Shown piece by piece: positions 38,088 to 48,812 of a stretch of DNA of 64,000 bases. The notes under the pieces are model-generated. The model was not told where the DNA came from. It was given only the letters and a program-made list of their open reading frames with translations, and made no database searches. Every line of letters starts with the position of its first letter. The stretch's first letter is position 1. A program made the translations under genes and the position numbers. Origin of the DNA: Myxococcota bacterium (GTDB lineage: Bacteria > Myxococcota_A > Polyangia > Nannocystales > Nannocystaceae); contig JBCCHT010000006.1 in NCBI GenBank assembly GCA_039028615.1, positions 64,001-128,000 on the forward strand, read 5' to 3'.

Positions 38088-39891
38088 CGTTTGCCTGCGC
38101 CCCCTGCCGATGCTCGCCGCCGCGGCGGGCCTGCTCTGCGCCACGGGGTGCCCGCCCACCGACCCCGGTAGCAGCTCCAACGGCGGCACCGCCAGCCCCG
38201 TCACCGACAGCGGACAAAACTCCGCCGACGAGACCGGGCTCCAGCTCGAGTGCACCCCCGGCGAGGTTCGGTGTCAGGGCCAGCAGTTCCTCGAGACCTG
38301 CGCACCCACTGGGCTCGAGTGGCTCTCCGAGGCCTGCGGCGAGCTCGAGGTCTGCGAGCCCTGCGAGGCCACCGATACCTGCACCCAGGACCGCTGCGTG
38401 GGGCCCTGCGAGGTCGAGGCCGAGCTGCCGTCTTCGGCGGGCTGCTCGTTCATCGCCAACCGCCAGCTGCACCTCAACGAGGCCGCCCCCGACGGGCTGG
38501 TCGTCGCCAACCCCAACGAAGGCCTCGAGGCCATCGTTCAGCTTTACCGCACGCCCGAGGGCACGCGCTTCGAGGAGCCGGTCGGCGTGCCCATCACGCT
38601 GCAGCCAGGCGAAGACCACGTCTTCGAGCTCACCTCCGACTTCGTGCTCGGCAACTCGTCGATGTTCCGCACGGGCGGCACCTTCCGGGCCGAGAGCAAC
38701 GTGCCCATCAACGCGTACCTGCACTCGCCGCTGGCCAACGCCCGCGGCAACGACTCGTCGCTGCTGCTGCCCGAGACCACGCTCCGCCGCGACTACGTGG
38801 TCACGTCGTTCTCGCCCCACGAGGAGCAGGCCGAAGGCCAGGGCGAGCCCAGCTACTTCGAGATCGTGGCGACCGAGGACTTCACCGAGGTCACCTGGAC
38901 GCCGCCCGTCGACACCGCGGGCACGGGCATCAACATCAACTTCGTGTCGGCGGGTGACACCAGCCCGGTGCTCAACATGAACCGCTTCGACACGGTGCGG
39001 ATCGCGGCCTCGGCCAACGTCCAGGAGAACGCCGACCTGCGCGACGTCTCGGGCACCGTCATCCACTCCAACAAGCCGATCTGGGTGGTGGGCGCCAGCC
39101 GCTGCTCGCGGGTGCCCGTGCGCGAAGAGCCCGCGCGCGGCCGCTGCGACCCCCTGCAAGAGGTCCTCATCCCGCTCGACTACTGGGGTGAGCGCTACGT
39201 GGCCGCCCACTCCCCCGACCGCGACCAAGAGCGGCACTGGTGGCGGATCTACTCCGGCAACCCCGACGTTCGAATCACGGCCGAGGGCAACCTGGGCTGC
39301 GACGGCCCCGTCCTCACCGAGGAAAACTGCACCGCCCCCAACACCTTCGACGGTGAGGGGTGCACGTTCGCAGCGCGCGGCTCCTGGATTCAGGTCGACG
39401 TCAACAACGAGTGCAGCTTCTTCCTCGACAGCAACATGACCGGCGCCTTCATGCCGGTCCAGTACCTGCAAAGCGGTAGCGTCTCCGACGAGGCCCCGGT
39501 CGAGGCGGCCTTGGTCGGCGACCCGGCCATGTACCAGATGGTCCCCGTCGAGCAGTTCCTGAGCCGCTACGTGTTCTCCACCGGCGTGGGCTTCGACGAG
39601 CACTACGTGCAGGTCATCCGCCAGGGCGGCGGTCCGTCGGTCTTCCTCGACAACCAGAGCGTCTCCGGCTTCTACCCGGTCACCGAGACCTACGAGGTCG
39701 CCGACGTGCCCATCGAGGCCGGCGCCCACATCATCGAGAGCGGGGCCACCTTCGGCATCGTGCAGTTCGGCCTGTCCGGCGCCGATCCCAGCCGCGAGTG
39801 CGAGAACGAGCTCAAGAACGGCAACATGGTCTGCCTGACCTCGTACGCCTATCCCGGCGGCATGAAGTCCGAGCGAATCAACATCCCCTGA
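38080..39891 (+). CDS. IgGFc-binding-domain lipoprotein
   Basis: Lipobox ATGC; CTPGEVRC, SSAGCSF, VVANP, NDSSLLLP..L..DY, IVATED, SGTVIHSNKPIWV, CDPLQEVLIP..WG..Y, GDPAM..VPVEQFL..Y, SYAYPGG. Confidence 0.88.
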   Translation: MSSVCLRPLPMLAAAAGLLCATGCPPTDPGSSSNGGTASPVTDSGQNSADETGLQLECTPGEVRCQGQQFLETCAPTGLEWLSEACGELEVCEPCEATDTCTQDRCVGPCEVEAELPSSAGCSFIANRQLHLNEAAPDGLVVANPNEGLEAIVQLYRTPEGTRFEEPVGVPITLQPGEDHVFELTSDFVLGNSSMFRTGGTFRAESNVPINAYLHSPLANARGNDSSLLLPETTLRRDYVVTSFSPHEEQAEGQGEPSYFEIVATEDFTEVTWTPPVDTAGTGININFVSAGDTSPVLNMNRFDTVRIAASANVQENADLRDVSGTVIHSNKPIWVVGASRCSRVPVREEPARGRCDPLQEVLIPLDYWGERYVAAHSPDRDQERHWWRIYSGNPDVRITAEGNLGCDGPVLTEENCTAPNTFDGEGCTFAARGSWIQVDVNNECSFFLDSNMTGAFMPVQYLQSGSVSDEAPVEAALVGDPAMYQMVPVEQFLSRYVFSTGVGFDEHYVQVIRQGGGPSVFLDNQSVSGFYPVTETYEVADVPIEAGAHIIESGATFGIVQFGLSGADPSRECENELKNGNMVCLTSYAYPGGMKSERINIP

Positions 39892-39907
39892 GCCTCGTCC
39901 GCGACGC

Positions 39908-39953
39908 AAAAGACCCCCGTGGCCCTCACCGGGCTCACGGGGGTTTTTCGTTT
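39908..39953 (+). terminator. Rho-independent terminator, possibly bidirectional
   Basis: aaaagacccccgtggccc-tcacc-gggctcacgggggtttttcgttt between convergent genes. Confidence 0.75.
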
Positions 39954-39971
39954 CGAAGGGAGGATGAGACG

Positions 39972-41318
39972 TCAGCGACGGGCGCTCAGCTCGATCGGCT
40001 CGTAGCTCTGCTCGCCCGCCCGCGACAGCCGCTCCACGGCGGCGCATCCTCGCGACTCTCCGCCCTCGCAGGCCCGCCGATAGAGCTTGGCCGCCCGCGT
40101 GGAGTCTTCGGCGACGCCATCGCCCAGCTCGTGCAGGCGACCGAGCTGAACGCAGGCCTCGAACACCTCGTGCTCGCAGCCGCGAGCGAAGCTCTCCGCG
40201 GCCCGGGTCGCCCTCCGCTCGCCCTCGAGTCCCTCGAGCTCGCGGGCACCCTTCCACAGGCAGGCCCGGGGAAAATCGCCCGAGCACGCCCGATCGAGCA
40301 GCTCACCCGCCGATGGCCAGCCCTCGGCTCGAATCGCGCCCGTGGCCAGCAGCTGCCCCAGGCGAGCGCAGCCCTGCATCTGGCCTCCGTCGCAGGCTCG
40401 ATCGTAGAACTTCGCCGCTTTGCGGGGCTCCCGGTCGGTCCCGCGTCCGTGCTCGTACAGCGCTCCCAGGTTCGCACACGCGTGGGCGCTGTCCGCTTCG
40501 CAAGCGTCCGCGTAGAGCCGACGTGCCTCGAGCACGTCCGGCTCCACGCCCAAGCCATGCTCGAACATCACGCCCCAGTTGCCGCACGCGTCCGCACTGC
40601 CGCCGCCGCACGCCTCGACATAGATGGCATGCGCCCGCGCGTAGTCCCCCTGGCGCTTGGCGAGCAGGGCCTGCTCTCCGCAGCGATCCCAGTCCTCTGC
40701 CGTGCAGGGATGGCGCTCGAGGATCGTCGCTCGCAGCTCACCCAGCTCGAGCTCGACCTCCCGCTGCTGTGCCCGCGCCCCGTCGAGCTCTTCTTGTAGC
40801 AGCAGCGCCGTCTCTTCGTGGCGTCGCTGCTCGGCCTCGGCTCGCCGCAGGGCTCGCTGGGCATCGTGCGCCTGGTCGAGCGCCTGGCGAGCCCGGTCGT
40901 CCGCCTGATCGGCCGCCGTCCAGGCGCGCTCGAGCTCGAGACCCCGCTGCTGTTGTTCTTGGCGCCGACACTCCTCGAGCGCATCCGACATCAGATCGTC
41001 GGGGACCTCGTCGTACTCCGCTTCTTCGTGGTCCGTGCGCTCGCGATGCAGCGACCCGCCCTGCCCTTTGACCTGCGCCTTCACATCGGTCTCGACCCCG
41101 TGGGTCTGCTCGACCCGCGTCTTTCGAAACGACTCGAGGCAACGCTCGAACACCAGGCTCGAGGTCGGCATGCACTGCCCCTCGTGGCGTTGTTGTCCTC
41201 TAGGGCATGGGTCCAAAGTCGGGGTCGTGGCACATGCCATGAGCCCCGTCGCCATCAACGTCACGCATGCGACACGCCACCCGCGTCGCGGCCCCACGGG
41301 CCCGTCCTTGCTTTCCAT
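39972..41318 (-). CDS. Sel1/HcpA-like repeat lipoprotein with coiled coil
   Basis: Lipobox LMAC; coiled-coil middle; repeats of ACxNLGxxYExGxGVxxDxxxAxxxYxxAC. Confidence 0.87.
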   Translation of the reverse strand: MESKDGPVGPRRGWRVACVTLMATGLMACATTPTLDPCPRGQQRHEGQCMPTSSLVFERCLESFRKTRVEQTHGVETDVKAQVKGQGGSLHRERTDHEEAEYDEVPDDLMSDALEECRRQEQQQRGLELERAWTAADQADDRARQALDQAHDAQRALRRAEAEQRRHEETALLLQEELDGARAQQREVELELGELRATILERHPCTAEDWDRCGEQALLAKRQGDYARAHAIYVEACGGGSADACGNWGVMFEHGLGVEPDVLEARRLYADACEADSAHACANLGALYEHGRGTDREPRKAAKFYDRACDGGQMQGCARLGQLLATGAIRAEGWPSAGELLDRACSGDFPRACLWKGARELEGLEGERRATRAAESFARGCEHEVFEACVQLGRLHELGDGVAEDSTRAAKLYRRACEGGESRGCAAVERLSRAGEQSYEPIELSARR

Positions 41319-41679
41319 CTCGCACCACCCAACACGTTCAAGCCAACATCACTGACCAGCCTCCCGAAGCACGTAGGTTCGCTTCGAGGAGCCGATGAGT
41401 TTTCTAGAGCCAGCGGTGCCGCAACGCACCACCGTGGTGGTAGTCGCACGAGGGGGTCGGCAGGATCCCTCCAACTCGGTAATTTTTGCCGCACAGGCGC
41501 GGTTGGCGGACAAGGCGCAGTCCCGTCGCGGGACCGATCTCGACCTAGAGAGCGAGCCAGCACACAAAAAAATCCGCTACTGGTCGCCGCGAGACCCGCG
41601 CAGGTGCAAATCCCACCGAAGCGGCCCGTAGCGGCATTTTCCGAAAACGCGCCAGAGTCGCACGTGAGACAAGTACCTT

Positions 41680-41838
41680 TGTAGGCCCATGGAACGGTGA
41701 CCGAAGGGTGATTTCCTACCCTTCGGTGTGCTACCTACCCGGCCCCGAAGAGGGACGGCAATCCGTTCGCGTCGATCGTGGCCTGCACAGTCGACAACGA
41801 GGAATCCGCTGCCTCTCCAAACCCCTAAGTGGAGGAGA
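41680..41838 (+). promoter_or_regulatory. Candidate structured 5' leader with RBS-occluding hairpin
   Basis: Nested helices tgtaggcc/ggcctgca, gaacgg/ccgttc, accgaagggt/acccttcggt; ctctcca (41813-41819) can pair with tggaggag (41830-41837). Confidence 0.45.
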
Positions 41839-41844
41839 TCCCAA

Positions 41845-42168
41845 ATGAAGCGCACGGACCAGGAACGGATCGAACGGGAGCTCAAGCGTGTCCAGAAGCG
41901 CGCGCGAATCGGTGAGAAACGCGACTCGGAGCGCGCCCCACAGACGGTCGGAGCCTACATCAAGGAACTCCGGGGCCTCCTGCGACACGACGAACAGGTC
42001 ATCTACAACACGCTCGACGACGAGGATGTCCTCGAGTGCCTCGAGAACATGCAAGAGGACCTGCCCGAGCACAAATGGGACACCGTCATCCGCAAGGCGG
42101 TCAACGCGACCAAGGTGCCCGAGCGCGACCGCGCCGTCACCGAGCTTCGCTCGCTGATCGAGGCCTGA
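41845..42168 (+). CDS. Small helical hypothetical protein (107 aa)
   Basis: Strong GGAGGAG RBS 7 nt before ATG 41845; followed by a terminator; MKRTDQERIERELKR... Confidence 0.8.
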   Translation: MKRTDQERIERELKRVQKRARIGEKRDSERAPQTVGAYIKELRGLLRHDEQVIYNTLDDEDVLECLENMQEDLPEHKWDTVIRKAVNATKVPERDRAVTELRSLIEA

Positions 42169-42220
42169 GTCGAGCCTCCGTCCTCGACGTTGCTGACCGC
42201 GACTCGATAACCCGGAGACG

Positions 42221-42263
42221 ACAAAGAGCCACGCTTCCCGAAGGGAGCGTGGCTCTTTGTTTT
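42221..42263. terminator. Bidirectional Rho-independent terminator
   Basis: acaaagagccacgcttcc-cgaa-gggagcgtggctctttgt-ttt between convergent genes. Confidence 0.85.
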
Positions 42264-42284
42264 CGAAGGTCCGAACCGCGGCGA

Positions 42285-43310
42285 CTACATGCCGCGCGAC
42301 GGGGGCGCAGGCTCGGAGCCACCGCCCGAGAGTCCTTCGACGGTGCGACGAACGGCCTCGATGTCGCTGGGCGAGAGGAAGCCGGTGAACTTCATGACGT
42401 CACCCTTGGAGGTGACCTTGAATGAGTCGCCGACCGAGGACGGCAACCCGGCGAGCGGCAGGATGGCGCGTAGCTGAGCCAGCTGGCCCTCGACCTCGCC
42501 CGCGGCCGACTTGGCGTCGGCTGCCGTCTTGAATCCGGCGCCGATGCCCACGTCGAGGCCCTTGGTCGCGTCGATGCTGACCCCGACGCGGTTGGCCCCG
42601 GCCATGCCACTGCCCAGCTCGGCCATCGCCCCGGGCGGCAGGCGGCTGGCCGCCCACGCGGTGCGCCCCGTGTCGATCTCGCGAGGAATCCACGAGAGCC
42701 GGCCATCGAGGGCGGAGCGGCTCTTGCCGGTCAGGCGGGTCTCGAGCTTGGCCTCGAGCGACTTGCTCGCGAAGACCACCATGTTGGGGCCGACCACGAA
42801 CCCGGTGGTGTCGGCATCGCTCGTCTCGAGCCGAGTGTGACAGCCCCGCTTCACTCGCGACCACGGCTTCTCGCCGGTCGCCGCTTCGATCTTCGAGGAT
42901 AAGCAGTCGAGGGTCTTGTCCTTGCCCACGCCGGTCGCCTCGAGCCCGAACACCACGTCCTCATCCTCGTTGAAGCCGGCCACGACCCGGTTGACCTTCG
43001 ACAGCGGCACGCCGCACTCCTTCATGGTGTCGAGCACGTCGCGGGCCTCTGCCTCCAGGAAGGGTTCGACCGACTTGAAAAGCTTGCCCCGCCGCAGGTT
43101 CTTGACGTCGAGCATCACCGCCCCGTCGATCTTGTGGTCGGGCAGAACATCCACCAACGACTTGGCCGTGAGCGGCTCGCAGCGCGGCGCGGCCGTGTAC
43201 ACGCTCGCCTCGACGGACCACGACGCGGGCGCGGGCTGCAACTCGGTGGTCGTACAGCCCGCGGCCAACACCAGGCCGAGAGCGGTTCCAATCGTCTTTG
43301 TCGTAATCAT
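42285..43310 (-). CDS. Hypothetical lipoprotein
   Basis: MITTKTIGTALGLVLAAGC lipobox; alpha/beta globular composition. Confidence 0.75.
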   Translation of the reverse strand: MITTKTIGTALGLVLAAGCTTTELQPAPASWSVEASVYTAAPRCEPLTAKSLVDVLPDHKIDGAVMLDVKNLRRGKLFKSVEPFLEAEARDVLDTMKECGVPLSKVNRVVAGFNEDEDVVFGLEATGVGKDKTLDCLSSKIEAATGEKPWSRVKRGCHTRLETSDADTTGFVVGPNMVVFASKSLEAKLETRLTGKSRSALDGRLSWIPREIDTGRTAWAASRLPPGAMAELGSGMAGANRVGVSIDATKGLDVGIGAGFKTAADAKSAAGEVEGQLAQLRAILPLAGLPSSVGDSFKVTSKGDVMKFTGFLSPSDIEAVRRTVEGLSGGGSEPAPPSRGM

Positions 43311-43389
43311 GGTGGCCTGGGACGTGGCGAGCATAACGCACCAGACTCCCCGACCGGTTCCGACATTCCAAACCGACTACACTGGCCAC

Positions 43390-43899
43390 GTGCGACGCAT
43401 TGGCTTCGTGTTTCTGGCCACACTTGGACCCAGCTGCGGCACACCCGAAAGCCCGAGTGCGGCGGAACTCGACGGCTTGCTCCAGCGTCTCGACGCGATG
43501 GAGCGGCGCATCGACGAGCTCGAAGACGCGGCCGAGGCCCGGGCCGCAGCCGCCCCCGCGCGTCCTCCCGGGCTCGAGCCAGGGGGCCCCTCGAGCTTCC
43601 CTCCGCGACTGCCTCCCGGGCCGCCCCCACGACAGGCCGTCGCCCCTTCGCTCCATGTCAACGTGCGAGCGTCGGGGATCTCCGTCGACGGTAAGATACT
43701 CACCCAAGAGGATGCGGTGAAGCGCTTCCGCGAGGCCGGGCGTCAGCAGCCGCCGCCTCGCCTCGTGATGCTCGCCGAGCCCGACGTTCCCCACGCGCGC
43801 ATGGTGGAGGTCATGGACCTGGCCAAAGAGGCGGGCCTCACCCATATCTCGATGTCGGCCAAGTTCAGCGGCGGCGGCACGGCCCCGCCGCCACGCTGA
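43390..43899 (+). CDS. ExbD/TolR-like periplasmic-domain protein with lipoprotein-like N-terminus
   Basis: LHVNVRASGISVDGK...LVMLAEPDVPHARMVEVMDLAKEAGLTHISM; N-terminal MRRIGFVFLATLGPSC, short coiled coil, Pro linker. The track ORF (42916) is over-extended. Confidence 0.75.
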   Translation: MRRIGFVFLATLGPSCGTPESPSAAELDGLLQRLDAMERRIDELEDAAEARAAAAPARPPGLEPGGPSSFPPRLPPGPPPRQAVAPSLHVNVRASGISVDGKILTQEDAVKRFREAGRQQPPPRLVMLAEPDVPHARMVEVMDLAKEAGLTHISMSAKFSGGGTAPPPR

Positions 43900-43904
43900 A
43901 CGGA

Positions 43905-44071
43905 CTAAAGCTCATCTCAAAAACCCTCGTGGGGTGAGAACGTGGTCAGCGTCGGCGATGGCAAGGCGCCAATTCGCAGGCGTACCGGGCGTCCTCCGAG
44001 GATTGGCAACGCGGCCCTCGTCGACGGGGGCCGCGTTATCGCCTCGCGAGGGTTTTTGAGATGAGCTTTAG
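43905..44071. mobile_element. MITE/ERIC-like palindromic element (167 bp)
   Basis: Perfect 25-bp terminal inverted repeats ctaaagctcatctcaaaaaccctcg (43905-43929) and its reverse complement (44047-44071); TA at both ends; non-coding. Confidence 0.8.
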
Positions 44072-44131
44072 GCCAGGCACCGCGAACTCGTCGCTCGCTC
44101 GGCCTGGCCTCGTGACGCCCGCTGGCTCCGC

Positions 44132-45640
44132 TCAGCTGCGTCGCGATCGATCGCCGTTGCGCCCCCGGCCGCGACGCGAACCATTGGAGTCAGCGTCGAC
44201 ATCGCCCGGGTGCGTATAGAAGGACGGCCCGCGGACGTTCTCGTCGATGATCAGCGGGTCCTTGATCGAGGGGAACGCCCGCTGCCCGCAGTCGCGACGC
44301 GGGCAGAGCCGACAGGTCACCCCGACCGGCACGCCGCCGTCGAGATCATCGAGGTCGACGCCCTCGGAGTAGACCATGCCGCGCGCGTCCTGGAGCTGAC
44401 AGCCGAGCCCGATCGCCTGGATGGTCGAAGGCTCGTGGTAGCCACCGCGACTTTTGGGCACGGTACGCGCGACACAGAAGTAGGGCTCGCCGTCGGGCAT
44501 GACGGACAGCTGCACCCGCATCTGCCCCGGGCTCTGGAACGCGCCGAACACGTTCCACCGCGGGCACGCCCCGGAGAAGCGAGCGAAGCGGATGCCCGAG
44601 GCGGTGAAGCGCTTGGATATGTTGCCCGCCATGTCCACGCGGATCATGTGCAGGGCGATGCCCTCGGCCCCGGGTCGGCGCAGCGAGGTCAGGCGATGGC
44701 AGACCTGCTCGAAGCTGGCGCTGAAGCGGTGCCCGAGCAGCTCGAGGTCGTAGCGCTCGGCCTGGGCCGCCTCGAGGATGCGCTCGTAGGGCATGGCCAC
44801 CGCGCCCGCGAAGTAGTTGGCCAGCACCACCCGCGCGAGGCGACGCGACGGCTCGGAGGTCAGCTCGGGATCGGTGGCGAGCCGATCGAGCATGTCCCCC
44901 AGCGTGGCCAGGGCGATCTGAGCCGCGAGCTGGAAGGCACGACTGGCGGGCGACAGCATGTTCGAAAGCCGCAGGCGACGTCGCTGGGGATCGAAGTGCC
45001 GCAGGGCTCCTCCCGCCCCGCCGAGCCGGGTGACCTCGTGCTGCATCTTGAGGTCTTCGGTCACGTGGCGAATGAGCCCGTGGTACAGCTCGTCCGCGTC
45101 GAGCCTGGCGTCTTGCCACAGCGCTTCCGCGGCCTCCTCGAGCTCGGGGAAGTAGTTGCCGTGGCGCTGGATGAAGTCGCTGACCTCTTCCGACGGAAGC
45201 TGTGAGCGCGTGGTCTCGGGGATCTGCTGCGAGTCGTAGAGCTGGCCGGCGAGCGTATCGGCCGACTCCCGGGCGCTCCGAAACGCGCGATACAGCGTGA
45301 CGATGGAGCGGGCGATGGACGGCGAAGCCCCGATGAGCTCCTGCATCTCGCCGGGGGACACCTCGTGCTCGAGCAGCAGCCCGTCGGCAAAGACCTCGGC
45401 CAGTGCGGTGGCGAGGTGGTCATCCCGGCCTTCGTTGAAGTCCTGCAGATCGACCTGAAGCTCTTCGACGATCTTGAGCAGCAGCGGAGCCGTGAGCGAT
45501 CGCTGGTTGTGCTCGATGAGGTTGAGGTAGCTCGCGGAGATTCCCAGCCGCCGCGCGAACTCCACCTGGGTGAGCCCTTCTTTTTGGCGCAGGGCCCGCA
45601 CTCGACTGCCCAAACGCCTGGATTTCTTGGTCGCCGCCAT
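44132..45640 (-). CDS. ramB: Short-chain fatty acyl-CoA regulator (ScfR/RamB family, XRE HTH)
   Basis: LGISASYLNLIEHNQR, PSEEVSDF..NYFPELE, LANYFAGAVAMPY, SFEQVCHRLTSL.RPG, RVDMAGNISKR, GACPRWNV, C-terminal CRLCPRRDCGQRAFP; divergent from aceBA. Confidence 0.9.
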   Translation of the reverse strand: MAATKKSRRLGSRVRALRQKEGLTQVEFARRLGISASYLNLIEHNQRSLTAPLLLKIVEELQVDLQDFNEGRDDHLATALAEVFADGLLLEHEVSPGEMQELIGASPSIARSIVTLYRAFRSARESADTLAGQLYDSQQIPETTRSQLPSEEVSDFIQRHGNYFPELEEAAEALWQDARLDADELYHGLIRHVTEDLKMQHEVTRLGGAGGALRHFDPQRRRLRLSNMLSPASRAFQLAAQIALATLGDMLDRLATDPELTSEPSRRLARVVLANYFAGAVAMPYERILEAAQAERYDLELLGHRFSASFEQVCHRLTSLRRPGAEGIALHMIRVDMAGNISKRFTASGIRFARFSGACPRWNVFGAFQSPGQMRVQLSVMPDGEPYFCVARTVPKSRGGYHEPSTIQAIGLGCQLQDARGMVYSEGVDLDDLDGGVPVGVTCRLCPRRDCGQRAFPSIKDPLIIDENVRGPSFYTHPGDVDADSNGSRRGRGRNGDRSRRS

Positions 45641-45823
45641 GGCCTTTTACAAACTTTACAGTGAACCGCGTTGCTCAGGTCAATAAGTGAAAAATCAAGT
45701 TACCGGAATCATTTTAGATTGACTCGCCCCTCAGAGTAGTAAAAATTTGCGCTCCCGCGGAGGGTTTTTCAACCAGTTCTTTCGCGTCAATCGCGCGAGC
45801 TCTCCCCGGCTTTTGGTGCACCC
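45641..45823. promoter_or_regulatory. Divergent AT-rich promoter region with candidate RamB operators
   Basis: tttacaaactttaca (45646-45660) and gtaaaaatttgc (45739-45750) resemble AAACTTTGCAAA-type RamB/ScfR sites. Confidence 0.55.
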
Positions 45824-47413
<1,590 letters not shown>

Positions 47414-47450
47414 GATCCGCCTCTCAATTGCTACCGGCTTCGCGCCAGGA

Positions 47451-48740
<1,290 letters not shown>

Positions 48741-48762
48741 GCCCGGGCTTTTGATCTCCGCC

Positions 48763-48797
48763 AGGCGGGGCGACGATGATGTCGCCCCGCCTTTTTT
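48763..48797 (+). terminator. Rho-independent terminator after aceA
   Basis: aggcggggcgac-gatgat-gtcgccccgcct followed by ttttt. Confidence 0.9.
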
Positions 48798-48812
48798 GTG
48801 CCCAACGCCCGA

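Noticed and set aside
41600..41620. ggtgcaaatccc resembling a cobalamin riboswitch element or a tRNA T-arm
   Set aside because: No accompanying AGGGAA or GCCACTG B12-box elements, and no cloverleaf or acceptor stem.
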